A stretch of 64,000 nt of DNA from Raillietiella orientalis (taxonomy: Eukaryota): positions 124,001 to 188,000 of the forward strand of contig JAYWIR010000017.1 in the NCBI GenBank assembly GCA_036172245.1, written 5' to 3'. The notes under the pieces were generated by a model. The model saw only the letters and a list, made by a program, of their open reading frames with translations, did no database searches and was not told where the DNA came from. The translations under genes and the position numbers were made by a program. This document shows positions 13,451 through 27,849 of the stretch, piece by piece (the stretch's first letter is position 1; each line of letters starts with the position of its first letter).

Positions 13451-14024
13451 GACGACACAGCTCTTCTGGAAGCCCAGGATCGGTGAAGGAACCGACCTAG
13501 GACGCACCGGGACTCGGAAGCCGACTTTCCCCGTGCCGGGGGAACCCTCCCAGATTTTCCCAGACTTCCGTCCCCCTCTCTTCCCTCGATCTTGCCTTAG
13601 CATCCTCCCCGGGAAGGGAGTGTGCGCTTTCCACAATGCGCGCGTCCCGTTCCCACAGGAAGACGCCGCGCTGAGGAAACCGCATTTGCTGGTGGCACCG
13701 AGCGGCGATGCCGAGCACAGGTCCAGAGGGGTGGTGGTCCGGAGCTCCTTCGACCACAGAGCATTGACGGACCCCGGCGGGAATGAGGAGGTTTCCGAGG
13801 GTGGTCAGGAGCATCAGGGGAGAGAGCGGGCATCCCTCAGCGGTCCGAGGAGTAGCGCAGATCGGTCGCCAGAGCAGTGCGCGGCCCAGCCTGCTCGGTT
13901 TCCGGGAGCAACGCAACGACCGCGGTGGGCGGGAACTCCTCCCCCCGCCTTCGTCGCTCCGGGTCCCTCGCCTCTCAGCCCGCTTCAGAGACACCCGGCC
14001 GGAGAAGGTCCGCTGGTTGCCTGA

Positions 14025-15491
<1,467 letters not shown>

Positions 15492-15595
15492 CCTCGGTGC
15501 CACCCCCTAGACCGCCCCCGGTGCTCCTCGCCCCTCCCACCGGCGCTCTTGGAGGAGGTCGGCTCGGAACAGGACCTCGGTGCAGCCCGCCCGCC

Positions 15596-15601
15596 AATAA
15601 A
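15596..15601 (+). terminator. Candidate polyadenylation signal of NK1
   Basis: AATAAA about 105 nt after the stop codon, in otherwise GC-rich sequence. Confidence 0.45.
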
Positions 15602-16689
15602 CCTCTGCTTGCATCTGGACCACGAGGGAAGGGAGGGAAGGCGGGAAGCGACGGAGAACCCCTCCCTGGGTCCGACGCCCTCCAGCGATTGCGGACTGGG
15701 TTCTTCCACAGCGGACGCTCCCACCGCTCCGCTGCCGCTGCCCTGGCGACCGGCCGGCGCTCTCCCGTGGGCCCAGAAGACATTCCTCAGGCTCCCTGAA
15801 GAACGCCCCTCCTCCTCCCGGTCCTCCCGCACGCGTGTCTGCTAAAGATAAGGCGGGTTGTCCGCCGAATTTCCTTCTTCCTTTCCCCCCTCCCCACGCC
15901 TTGTCCTCCCCCTGCACCTCGTCCCGGGGGCTCCTTTCGAAGGGATGCAAGCCTTCGGAGGGAACGGCCCTTCTGAGCCCTCACTCGGGTGGTTTCCCGG
16001 CTTCTCGGCTGGGGGCGTAACATCACCTGGAAGCGTTCCGGAGAAGTCCGTTCCGCTCCCTCTCTGCTGACACCGCGGGGGATAGGGAGGAAAAGAGGAA
16101 GGCAGGGGAGGGCTGACGAAGAATGGGCGGGTCACGGAGTCGCCACCGTCCGGGGCGTGTGCGCTCTCTTCCCGCTCATCCCTAAGGTGCCGCCGGGAGG
16201 CGTCCGCCTCTCTGCCGGTTCCCGTCGTCCCGAAAAAACCCCCTCCTCCCTTCTTTCCCCCCATTAAGCAGCCAATTTCGCTCCCGTCGCCAGCCTCTGC
16301 CCATCCTGTAATTGGCACTTTCATCCCGGGCAACTGCCTCCCAGTAACGAGGGAGATTACCCTGGGACACCTGAGCCTGCCGGCGACAGAGGGAGCTATG
16401 CGACCTCAGGGACGCTGCGCGCGGGACTCCTTCCCGCTCCTGGATTTCTCATTGTCTCCTCTTCCTCCCTCCCTCCCTCCCTCCTCCCTTCCCCTTGCTA
16501 TTGTCTTCTCCCCCGTCTCTATCCCTGGTCTCCGGCGCGAGCGCTGGGACCAGGAGCACGCGCGAAGAGCGGCCGGGTGGCGCTAGAGGGGTGGGGGAGG
16601 AGGAGGAGAAGGAGGAAAAGACAACAGCAGGAGGAAGAAAGGGAAGAAAGAAGGAAGGAAGGATGGACAAGAGCATGTCGCTCGGGGGC

Positions 16690-17280
16690 GAGGGGGGAGC
16701 TGCGCCACTGGAATCGAACGCACGAGCCACCGCCTCCATCCCCTTTCCCCCCTCCCCTTTCTTCCCAGGAAGTTTGCCAGGGAAACCTGGTCTTCCTTTC
16801 TCCCTCCTCTAGGAAGACGGCGAGGGACGAGGATCTCTTCCGAAGGAGTGGCGTGTGCGCGACAGCCGACCAAAGACGTCCGCCCCCTCCTGGAACGCAC
16901 GCCGCTGCGATGTTGCTTAGGGAACGCGGGCGGGGCGAGAGAGGTGCCTCCTCCGCATCCCTGGCCCCTGCCCGTCATCGTTGCGGATGAGAAGGAAGGC
17001 CTCCCGTCACGGATGACCTTCCTCGCTCGCCAGCCTGCACACTGCACGATCCTCTCGCAGTGCCGCACGCCCCTTGGTGCTTATCCAGACTGCTGATGAT
17101 TAGAATTCTGAGTGCCCCTCATAACCTCGGTCTTCTTCCCTGGCAGCCTGCTGTCCGCTGTCGAGACGTCGGCCGCTACGCGCTCGCGCGTCCTTCGAGC
17201 ATGCGCGCTGGGCAGCAGGAAGGTAGGCAGCAGAACGACTCTTCGGCGGGGGCAGAAGGACTCAAAGAGCGAGGCTGAGC
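16690..17280 (-). pseudogene. Kinase-family relic, N-terminal part; paralog of 18425-18720
   Basis: About 300 nt of clear inverted nucleotide similarity to the start of the 18330-19480 copy. Confidence 0.45.
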
Positions 17281-17302
17281 TCGCCCTCAGGAAGGAGACA
17301 CC

Positions 17303-17345
17303 CAGACGGAGAAGTCACCGCTCGGGGCGGTGACTTCTCCGTCTG
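17303..17345. repeat. Perfect 19-bp inverted repeat, 5-nt loop
   Basis: CAGACGGAGAAGTCACCGC-TCGGG-GCGGTGACTTCTCCGTCTG. Confidence 0.97.
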
Positions 17346-17399
17346 TTCCAGATCTTTTCCCCCTCAGAGCAGCGAGTCAAGAGATAGATTGTGGCCACG

Positions 17400-18300
17400 A
17401 CCTCCTCTTCATAGCTACCCCTACAAGGGAAGGGCACCTTCGAACCAGGAATGCCCTTTAGCCAAGGAGCGGTCCTTCTCCACTCCCACAGGGGACAGTC
17501 GTCTTCTACAAGAAAGCGAGGAGGACCAAAAGAACGGCTGGGGAGTGATGTGTCAACTTTTCCTGCTCTTCGTAAGCCTTCGTGGGCGAACCCTCAGCAG
17601 GGAAAGTGTCGGGAGATCCATGGGAAGCGGAAAGGAAGGGAGGGTAGGATTTTGGCGTTGACCGGCGCCCAGGAGCAAGTCGGAGGGCTGTCCGCGAAGG
17701 AAGAGGAAGGAGAGAAACTCACAGGGCGACTGGACGGTCCCCGAGGCGATGGCCTCTTTCGCACTCCTCGCGTCTCGCGTTCCTCCATTCCATGCGGCGA
17801 TGACACGACACCGACAGCGACCCCAAGCGGAACTGAGAGTTTCCCCTGCAACGGGCGGCGCCCCCTCTCTCCCGGAGGAGAGGGCAAGGGGATGCACGTG
17901 AGGTCACGAACAGGGACGTACCCCTTCCTCATCGCTTGAAGGCTCACAGGACCATGTGCATCGCGCAATGGGGGAGGCCGTACGCAGGGCGTCCGTGGGA
18001 CCGCTCATGACGGCGCGGAAGGCCTTAGGAGATCGATCCCACCGCCTTTACGCAGCGAGCGAGCACTGCGAACTGACCTCCCACTCCCTCGAGTCCTTTC
18101 CGAAAGACGCTGTCCCTCAACTCCCAGACGAGCCGCTGGCACCGGAAGACGAGGAACGGGGAGGGCGAGGACAGCGCGGGAGCTGAACCCTAGACTCTGA
18201 TCCAGGGTCGGACGGCGCCGACGCGTCGTTCCTCGCGGCTTCCTCCTATCGGGAGCGCGGGACCCGGAGCTGCGGAATATGGGAACTTCCCCCTCCCTTT
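17400..18300 (+). pseudogene. EcKL/CHK-like kinase relic
   Basis: LLQESEEDQKNGWGVM (LEDL..GF-like), VHRA (~17956) and IDPTAFTQRASTAN (~18032). Confidence 0.35.
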
Positions 18301-18329
18301 CCCTCTTCGCCTCACCGCATGGGGACCCC

Positions 18330-19480
18330 GCGATTCCTGAGGGGCAGGAGGGCACGTCTCGTCCGAGATAGAGACAGGATGCGGACCTTGGCGTGGGGCA
18401 GAATCTCTTGCTTCCAAGGCGATTTGTCCTTCCTTCTGAGAGACAGCGGCAGCGGCCAGGGTTGCGGAGGGGGTACCTCGCTCGCCCTGCCCCAAGCAAC
18501 ATCGCGGAGGCGTGCGTCCCAGAAGAGAGCGGACGTCTTTGGTTGGCTGTTGCGCACACGCCACGCCTCCGGCAGGGGTCCTCTCCCCTCACCCTCTTCC
18601 TAGAGGAGGGGGAAAGGGAGACCAGGTCTCCCTGGCAATTGCAAAGTTGTGGTGGTGATGGTGAAGAGGATAGAGGCGGTGGAGTGCGCGTTCGATTCCA
18701 GCGACGCGGCTCCCCCTCGCCTCTAAGCGATGTGGAGCACAATGGGCACCTCGAGGCGCATGGAACATCGTGCGGGAGATCTGTGGGTGGAACACCGGAC
18801 CGAAGACGACGCATTCAAGAAGATGGGCTTTCCGCAGGCGGGATCTGATGCCGACCTGGAGTCGGGACGTGCCCTCGGTGACAAGATCGTCTTCTACTTC
18901 CTGCAGTCTAGGATGAGTCCGGACGGGAGAGAGCTACGCCACGAGGATTCGCGCGTGTCGACGACAGGGGTAGTCGCGGCATCCGGGAGGAGGTCAGCGC
19001 ACCGCGACGACGCATCCAAGGCGCATCTTCCTGCGCGGCGGGTCGCGTCCCGGCCGACCGATGTCGGAGGGCTGGTCAGGCGGGCGGACTGGTCCTCATT
19101 GTCGACTGGAACCTGCGGCGCTTTGGCAGGGACTTCCGATGGCTGCCAGAAAGGCGTTCCGCGCGCAGAAGGCGTTACGGCTCGCTGATTGGACGCGCCT
19201 GCTCGAAGCGACGCGCAGAAATCCCTCAAGGCAGCTCGACTTTGAGGTGGGGACTTTGTCCCGGACGGGGTCAGCTCCTGCAGGATCTTTTGCAGATCCG
19301 AGTGTGTCGCCCTGCTCTGAAGTGCCAGCACCAGCATCATTGCGCTGTTTGGTTCGTTTCCACGGCAATGGGAGAGCAAGCAGGTTACCTCTGGAGGTTC
19401 GCAGCCGCCCCAGCAAGAGGACCGTGCTGACTTCCGTCAAGAGGCAGTTTCTGAGCAGTGGAAAATGCGGCTGCTGAGCT
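18330..19480 (+). pseudogene. EcKL/CHK-like kinase relic
   Basis: LFLEEGERETR, TEDDAFKKMGF, ELRHEDSRV and LRCLVRFHGNG (HGN at 19361-19369), in order. Confidence 0.5.
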
Positions 19481-19539
19481 TGGTTGCACACTCCCTCCTC
19501 CCCTTCCCTCTTTATCACAGCGACCGTGTTCCATAGGAC

Positions 19540-20520
19540 GGGCTGACGAGAAGCTTGTCCGCGGTTCCGGAAGTCCACCGACACGCCCCAGGGGCAGCAG
19601 CAGCGGCAGCGGTCATCCAAGCCACCACGGAAGAGCCAGCCGGAGGCGGTGGGGATCCCTGCTGCCGCCGCGCCCGCAGGCGACAGGACGAGGAGGATGA
19701 CCGGCGGAACCCGCAAGAGATCGCTGGATCAATAGATGCTGGAGGCGTGCGGTCTGAGGAAGGAGCTAGCGAGGTCTTCTTCTGGAGACGCGTGACTTCG
19801 CTCTGTTGGATCCACGAAAGACACCTTGGGGCTAGCTCTGCACCAGCTGCCCGCCACCTATGGGAGAATGCGGGCACCGGAAGTCCACAGAGGACGAGGC
19901 CGCGGCGCGGACGGATCTGCCGGGAAGGAGCTGTGGGCAGCCATCGCCATGGAAACCTGCGCTCCAGGAACGGCATCACCTGAAGAGTCTGAATCACCTA
20001 AAATGACGGGGGAGCGTGGAGATCACCATCACCGCTGGTGGTCTCCACACCCTACCTGTCGTTTCTCGCGTGAGGCCAACGCGAGCGGCGGACCCCTGAG
20101 AGCCTGCGGCTTGATGACCCCACGAGTCCCAAGATCGCTTCTTCCGTAGCTGCCTGCACGACTCGGCAGCCTCCTGTCGACTCGGATGGCCCCGCGGATG
20201 CTCGTTGGGGGAAGAGCATCAATGCAGCTGCGATTTCCCGGGCCCCTGCCCGCACCACGTGGCGCAGTGGTGGCACGGGAGCGGACGCGCGGCAGCGGAC
20301 TAGCAGCTTCCCTGGTTGATTTCCGTGGTTACGAGGGAGGACTCCCTTCTTGCCGCCTGAGCCCTGCGTACCGTGAAGGTGGACGTCCCTCGCCTGCTCA
20401 GCCGAGTGGAGCTGCTCCGAGGTGATGTCATGCGCAGGCACGCCGAAGTCTGCCTCGCCCTACTCCCCGCCCTCTGCGGGCCGTACTTCTCGGATCCCCC
20501 AGGCAGCCCCGCAGAAGAGG
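19540..20520 (+). pseudogene. EcKL/CHK-like kinase relic
   Basis: SEVFFWRRV (~19768), TCRFSREANA..LRACGL and VDVPRLL..MRRHAEVCL; nucleotide paralogy to 22920-23095 and 24185-24320. Confidence 0.5.
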
Positions 20521-20799
20521 CCCCAGTACATCCTGGGCAAGCCTCTTCGTTTTCTACGGCAGGTGGTTCGCCACTCCTCCTCTCCCCACGGTTTCCAAGG
20601 AAACAGGGGCGAGGAAGTGCAGTTCACGGTTGGCGCTGCCAAATCTTACGGATCCATTTCCAGGGCGCTCGCTCTCCCCGCTTCCATTAACCCCTGAGGA
20701 TCGCCCAACTTACGTGGTTCCATTTTTCATTTTTATCTCTTTCACTTTTTATTCCAGCTCCTCCCTATTGCCAGCGATACGGTGACAACCTTATCCACC

Positions 20800-23350
20800 T
20801 GGACCAAGAGTATCCTCGAACTGCAGCCATTTCCTGATGCGTCTGTTCCGTCGTCCGGCTCGTCTTCGCCACGGCCCCGTAGCGACAGAGCCATCGGCGA
20901 CCAGCGCCGTCGAGTGTGCGATCGCCATCCTCTCGGAAGGGCAGCTGAGGTGGCTCGAAGGCGCTCTCTGGAGAGGAGAGACCAAGGGTCGTAACGCATT
21001 CCCGGTTGCCTCCGAGGAGTGAACCCCCGGAGAGAGAGGCGCCCGTTGAAGCATCCGGAGGACTCCCGCCGATCCCCGGTGGAGAAATAGGGGTGCACTC
21101 GTTCCACCTTCTTGGCGTCGCCCCGCACTGCAGTCAGGTTCTCGATGAGGTGAATTGTGTGGATTCGGATCAGGAGTGAGTGTGAGGGTGCGCCGCAGGA
21201 CCGGGAGACGAGAGCTCGGACGCAGGGGAGCAAGCTGCTCTGGAGAGATGGCGACATGAGGATGAAACGCTCTCCCATGACCCGAGTGGCGGAGGACGAG
21301 AGTCCTCAGGGAAAATCGCAGAACCGTCTTGCTCAGTCGCGCAACGAGGGGAGGAAAGGAGCCGACCCTCGCGTGGCTCCCAGGAGAGCGCCTGCGCAGA
21401 GCACGAGGCGCGAATAGAACGTCTGAAGGAGTCAGGTAGTCACTGGAAGGGCGGCATGCAGCAAAGTCCCAGCGGGAGATGCGGACGGAAACAGCTCGGT
21501 AGCTCCAGAAGCTTGGACAGTTCCTGGCGATGCCGTTTGGTTTCCAGGATCCTCTTGACCCTGGCGGAGTCTTCCAGACGCGCACGCGCCATCCTCTTTG
21601 CGGCTCATAGCACCGCGCCCGTCTCGGGACTCGCCCCGCTCGGTCCGGAGGACGTATCCTCCGTTGGGGAGCGTCCGAGCGGCTGCTCCCAACGGAGGCA
21701 CCAAGCCGATGCTTCACAAAGCCGCGGCATGGGGAACCACCGGCGCTTCCTCGAGGGCGCCGGCGGCAGCTTCCCTATCCAGGGAGCTGAGTGCAGCAGG
21801 GGCTGCTCTCCCCTGATCCATTCCCCTGCACTAGCAGCCCCTACCAGAGCGAGCGCCTCTTCGCCCCCGAAACGCTTCCAAAGGCCGACGAGCAGGGCAC
21901 CCATCCCGCTCGTTCCAAAAATAGGCGGCTGTCTTCCCCTCCCCCTCCCCCCACCCTCCACGGCTCGCTCGGCGGAGTCTAAAAATACGGCCGTTCAGAA
22001 CGGCTGACAGCTCATTCCTGGTCTGCCTCCTCTCGTGATTCCTGGATGGGATTGGATGTCAGATGCGAGATGATGGAATGCAGAGGTGCCATCCGCCGAG
22101 CGATGTCTTCCCGGGTGCCTCGCGCGGGACGCGTCCCCGCTGGCAGCGGCTTCCAACGCGGGGTTCGCGGAGGTGATTGCGCGACAGCCGAGGGCTGCTC
22201 CCTCCCACTCTCCGGGACGCCGCCTGGAGACTGAGTTCCCCGCCCGTCTGTGAGCGCTTCGCCTTCTTCCCACCGTTGGTGACGTCTTCGTTTGCTGCTG
22301 CGGCCCGAACGGTTCTTCGGGGGAAAGGGGATGGCTGCCGCTCCGGAGAGGGCGATCTCCGGGACCAGACGCCGCAGGACAACAAGGCTCCTCCCATAGA
22401 TGATTCGGGATCGTGGTAAAGCTGCACCCTGAAAATGAGGGGGGAAAGGAAGGAAAAGAAGTCATTCTGGTGATGCTTTAAAGTGGTGGTCATCTCCGGG
22501 GACACAAGTGCAACCGGGAGGCTGAGCTGCCAAGCTAGAAGACGCCCACGGAAACCAAAGGCACGGCAGGGCGCTCGCTCGTAATCGAGACCTCTCCGCC
22601 CTCGACGAACAGCCAGGGTCACATCCTCGCCCTTCCGAGTTAAACACGCGCCGTCCCACCGCCCCTTCGACGGGGAGGACGACACCTGCTGAGGGGGGAA
22701 GGGGGGGGGGTGGAGTTGGCCTGCGGCAGACTACTTCCGGAAGGGCTCGTTCGGAAGAGCGAGGAGGAGGGGGAGCAGAGCGGGGTCGGAGCGCGGACCG
22801 GGAGCAGCGAGGACAGGACCAGGATCTGCGGCTCGCATAGGACACCGTGATGCGCTATCGGGCGACGAAGGGCAGGGGAACGGGGTGGCTGATCCCTCCC
22901 CCCTCCGTCGTTCCTCCTCCCACGAGCACCCGCGGGGCCATCCGAGTCGACAGGGGACTTCCGCGCCGTGCGGGCAGCTCCGGAAGAAGTGATCTTGGGG
23001 CTCGTGAGGTCATCAAGCTGCGGGCTCACAGAGGTTCCCCGCTCGCGTTGGCCTCGCGCGAGAACGACGGGGAGGGTGTGGAGACCACCATCACCGCTAG
23101 TGGTGGCGGTCGCGGCGGACCCCCGGGCAGCCCGCACGAGAGACGCATGCCAGCTCTCTTCTACCGGGGGCGGCCACGGCATCGACGCTGTCTGCGGGTC
23201 GGAGGCGCCGGGCTAACCCCCTGGTGTCGTGGGGCTCGACATGCCAAGGTCGCGACGAGTCCGGGTCGGGCGGAGCGAGCAGACAGCGAGGGTGCGGAGG
23301 ATGGGTGCTGTCTCTGCACAGCAAATGCGGAATCCTCTCGCCTGGAGCCG
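20800..23350 (-). pseudogene. Two adjacent minus-strand kinase-family relics (~20800-21920 and ~22000-23350)
   Basis: 22920-23095 is an inverted paralog of 20030-20210. Weak motifs RIHTIHLIENL and LRGFTPRRQPGMRYDPWSLL. Confidence 0.35.
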
Positions 23351-23999
23351 CAGCCGGGCCGAAAGCTTCGCGCGGAAAGGAGAGCCGAGTGCGCGCGCGT
23401 GCGAAGCAGGAGAGGGGAGAAGCGGCGTAGGGAGGAGCAGGAGAAGGATCGGTGGCGAGAAATCCCCCCCCCCTCCCCTCTTCCTTCTCCCCGCATTCCC
23501 GGCGGCCGCGCGAAAACCGCCGCCGCCCTGTCCCGTCGTCATCCGCTTCTCTTAAATCACGCGGGGAGTCGCTCGGCGCAAATTGAATCGTCCCCTTCGC
23601 TCCCTCCCGCGCGCGCGCGAGCGCTCCCTCTCGCGCGCTTCCCCTCCGGTCCAGGGGGAAGCGGGCGCACAGCCGAGCCGCGCGACGAGCCCTAATTGGC
23701 ATTCCCGTCTCGCGTTCCTCCTCTCGATCGGCCAGCGCGCTTTCGGGCGCAGGTCGGCCTCTCCCCTCATAGACCGGCAGCGGTTGCGAATTTGCAGGTC
23801 GCTTCCCCCGCTGACGGCCCGGCGGGACGCGCCTTTGCCGGCTCCCCCTTGCCGCTAATTGGGAGCTTGGGGAGGCGCGGGACCGACGCTCGGGGCAGTG
23901 CCGCAGCGCGCCCATCCCGGAAGGGACAGTAGGTCTCCAGGCGGGGGGACGGCGCTGACGGATTTCGGGCACGAACTTTGAGGGGATGGAGAACAGCCG

Positions 24000-24550
24000 C
24001 CAGTCAGCCTTCTTTCCTTCTCACTTCCGCCGTCCTCGTCCCGGGATTTCCGAAGGCCGAGGTCAGGAGCTTGGCGCGGACCCGGGAGCAGCGGAGACTC
24101 TTCTGAGGAGCCTCTCCAGGGTTGGCCGACCGAGAAGGCAGGGCAGGGGAAGTTTCGGATTCCCCGAAGGGAGAGACGGCGACGCGGGAGCAGACGCGCG
24201 TCTGCCTGCCTGGTTGGTTTCCGTGGCTACGAGGGAGGACTCCCTTCCGCCTGAGCCATGCTGCCACGGAGGTGGACATCCCGCTCCTGCTCAGCCGAGA
24301 GGAGTTGCCCCGAGGCGGTGTCCGCATAGGGAATCTGAGGGAAAGAGCGGAGGACAGCCTGGATGGAGCCGACCCTCGGGGCGGCCACTGTCCGCGGCTT
24401 CTTCCCCAACAGGGAGGGAGTGGAGTCGGGCGAGGCGGACGGGGCTTTGCGCCCGGGATGCGCCGAAAGCCTACGCAGCTAGAAGGTCGCTGGCGGACTA
24501 TCAGGCAGGCCCGGTGACTCGAAATCTCGAATCGGATGGGGGGAAGAGAC
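24000..24550 (+). pseudogene. EcKL/CHK-like kinase relic, C-lobe
   Basis: TPFRLSHAATEVDIPLLL (DFQLSR..P..DL-like); direct paralog of 20275-20425. Confidence 0.45.
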
Positions 24551-24849
24551 TGAACTTCCTCCCGAAGGATGCTGGACCTTTCAGCCACGAAAACCACACA
24601 AAGACAACAGCAAAGAAGTGGAGGTGGTGGTCCTGCGAGGGGGAATTGCTGAAAATGTTCTCAAATGCGACTCCAGGCTGGCTGAAAAGCAGGAGACCCG
24701 AAGAAGAAGATGAGGAAGAAGAAAAATCGATATCGATGACTTTATGAGGACATTCTGGAGGGAGGGGACCTTAGAGATCTCGCCATTTTGTGTCACTGAG
24801 GGAGAAACTCGGGAACGGGATTCGAGCGGGAACACTTCGGTAGAGGACA

Positions 24850-26950
24850 TGTCCGTTCTCTCGCAACGAGAGGCTCCTTGGGAGCAACAGAATAGATTCT
24901 GTACACATAGGTTGGGCTCAGACGACTTCTATCTCCTTTCTGAGATGTGAAAAGGAAGAGTAGAGAGGAAAAACCTCGATGTCCTGTTCGAGCAAGAGAT
25001 CCTGCAGCAGTTCCTCTGCTGAGCTTTTCTGCACGGCATTCGAAGACGGATGCAACCGTAGGTTTCCTGGCAACGAGATGCCACGAAGAGCTCTTCCTGC
25101 TCTTCTAGATTTTTCAGCCAGGTCCTCCCCGCGCACCCGAGGCCGAGTGGGAGCACTTCGTATGCAAGGAACCACGACTGGCTGAAGACGGGAACTTGGG
25201 AGACGTCCTGGTCGAGCTGCGATCGGCGGGTGTGGGATGTGAATTGACTCCTGCATGGCACATCGTCTCTCTTTTCTTGAGGGTGTCGCGCAATCCTGTG
25301 TAAGAAGAAGGGTAAATACAGCAACGCACCGTCCATGAAGAAAGATCAGCTAGTAAGGAGCCGCATACAGAGTCACATACAAACGGGAAGAAGGTGGGTT
25401 CGGAAAAGATGCGCACGTTTCCAAGGCACCAAATCCAGAGCATCAGGAAGGATCCTACGCAAATAGGGTGTTGCAGCCCAAGTTGCTATCGCCCCTTCAA
25501 CCTTGGAGGAACAAAACCTTTGCTCAAGAACTCAGTGCCTCGCGATGACATCTCAAGGGGAGCCATCATCGTTCAGATGGTGCTTTCGAGGCACGCCCGC
25601 CAACGATACCGGGTGCATCGCAGACATCGCTCTCGATCCTCCATCACCGTAAGCAGGGAGTTTGGAGACTCTAGGCTCGCACTGCAGGGGCATAAGAACT
25701 CTGCGAGAGCTGTGAAAGATCGGATTCCGAGGCGGTTTCGGTGCCCCCCGGGAGATGAGCATCCTGAGCGAATGCTGAAGAGCCCGGAAAGCGCTCGGGA
25801 AAGAAAAGAGAGGAACGCACTTTCGCGCCGGGAATGCGTTTCGCGGTGCTACCCCCCATGCAGGAACCTGCTTCAGCCTCGAGCTGGACGGAGCGTGGTG
25901 CACCTCTTTCTCTGGCTCCCGAGTGAACGACATGTTCGAGACTTCACCGGGTATCGATCTGGGGACAGGAAGGACGTGGCAGTTGATGTTTGGCGACGTG
26001 TGGAATAGCTCGAACAATCCCAGAGGCTCAGGTCCAGCGGCGTGACCTTGACCCGCTGGTAACTCCAACCCGCTATCTTCTACTCAGATGGATGCGGTCC
26101 GTTTCTGACCTGCAAAGCTTGTGTCTTGCGGGTCAGGCGAAGGATCTCAGATGGCAGGGAAGCTCTGCTTCCTTGAAATCCTTCCTTGACCGCCTCGCCA
26201 TGAACTCAAGGGCTGCGAGGAGGAGAGGAGGGGAAGTGTAGAGATATCACGGCGGGAGGTGAGACCGTGAGCACTGCCCATATATCCAGTCTGAACCTGC
26301 TCCTGCTCCGAGAACGTTCATCCGGTCTGAACCTTCCTTGTTTCCCGGCAGGAGTTTGAAGCTCCCGGCGATTTGTCTGGAGCATGGAAGCATGCGGTAG
26401 CAAGGACTGCAAGATGACGTAAGCACATGGTTTTGATTCGGCAGCTGAGGAGTGATCTCTTGTCATATGGGCAGTGGCAGATACGAAGGCAATTTTTGGT
26501 CCGAGTACTCAGGACCGAGTTCTCAGGATGCGAGGGAATCCGTGAGGCAGTTCGACGCGGGATCTTAAAGCTTGGAAGCTCCCTGTAAAGGCAAAGCTGC
26601 TGTTTTTCTCCTGCTGTGCTTCATCGAGGGTGCTCCCGAGCGTTCGGAGAAGCGAAAGCAGAGTTTCCTCAAAATCTTCTCCTTGTTATCTCCCAAAAAA
26701 GACGCGGACCTACAACGACCAAGCGTATCTCGGCAAAGAGGTACAGCGTCATTTCACGTTCCATTTCGATCCTTGAAAGCTGAGCATCCACATCTGTCAT
26801 CGCGCAAGGGCCAAAACCCTTCCCGAATACCCATAGCTTGAGTTCGTCCATACTGAGATCCAGGAGCACCACATCCTAACCTTGTCAGGTTCTCTTCCGG
26901 ATAACCTCTGCCTTCTACAGACGCAAAGAGCCTTGACTGCACCCTGGCTC
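24850..26950 (-). pseudogene. EcKL/CHK-like kinase relic, near full domain
   Basis: EMEREMTLY (~26767-26741), YVILQSLLP (~26422-26394), LRCHRE (~25556) and GSLLADL (~25362-25342), in order. Confidence 0.52.
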
Positions 26951-26999
26951 TGGTGGCAGGTGTTTTCATCCACTATGAGGTCAACTCCGATTAACCTTA

Positions 27000-27750
27000 A
27001 CGCACGGTGACTGAACCCTGTGCTAACTTTCTAAGCTGTCTCGAACACCCCTGGATCGCTTGGGCTTCATGTTTGAAGACTTCAGAGAAGTTGCAAGGTT
27101 TGCATCTTGCGATCTCTCTGAGGAGAGGAGAGTGCCTCTGCTCAGGTTATTCTTTAGAAGATACCTCACTCTTGTGATTCCCGAAAGCTCGGCTTAATGT
27201 TAAAATCTTCCGATCTCTGTCTCACGTGCGTTGCTCTGATAACCGAGCATAAAAGCAGTTGTGCACGCTATTCCGAGGTGTTTGAAGGATGCCATCACTT
27301 TGGAAAGCTTAGCAGACCCTTCCCTGGGAACCAAGTAGCATCCTGCAAGATGCTAATTCTACTTGGAGTGGCTGTTCTTGTCTACAAAAGCACGAATGAT
27401 GAGATGAGAAAAGCTGGGCAACAGCAGGAGAAGGCACATGACAGATACGAGAGGATGTATCAGTAGGAATTTGGCTTTCGAGCCTCTGCTGGCCGCTGAG
27501 GGCTGGATAATGCATTTGCTAAATCCTTAATCCTCTTCCTTAACGAAGAACGAGAATCCACAAAATCCAGAAAGCATCCTGTTTTCTCACACAAGACTCC
27601 CAGGTCTATTAGGAATCCTGGAAACCGGAGTCGACACTCTAGGAGAAGAGGAGTTAGGATGCCCGATGTGATCTTAGCTTTACGTCTTACAATGAAGTGA
27701 ACCGGACATGGGTTTGGTCTTTGGGCGCATCCGTGAGGTTCCAGAAACTT
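27000..27750 (+). pseudogene. EcKL/CHK-like kinase relic, C-lobe
   Basis: GVAVLVYKSTNDEMRK..HDRYERMY resembles DL.YFLYTST..E.R......LL..YY. Confidence 0.35.
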
Positions 27751-27849
27751 CTGAACAAAATTTCTTATTATTCCTGTTTCTTTCCAAATCATTTATTCGC
27801 TGCAGACTCCGCGAAGGATTCGAGACATGACGGAGGCTTTGATTTTCAA

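Noticed and set aside
13128..14024. Long ORFs such as 13128-14024, 20791-21717, 22847-23695, 23097-23972 and 54545-55327
   Set aside because: Arg/Pro/Gly/Ser-rich translations expected in GC-rich DNA, with no recognisable domain.
24235..24320. PFRLSH..E resembling the Mab21/cGAS WRLSFS motif
   Set aside because: Better explained as the decayed DFQLS..DL segment of the kinase family; no nucleotidyltransferase GS/DxD motifs.
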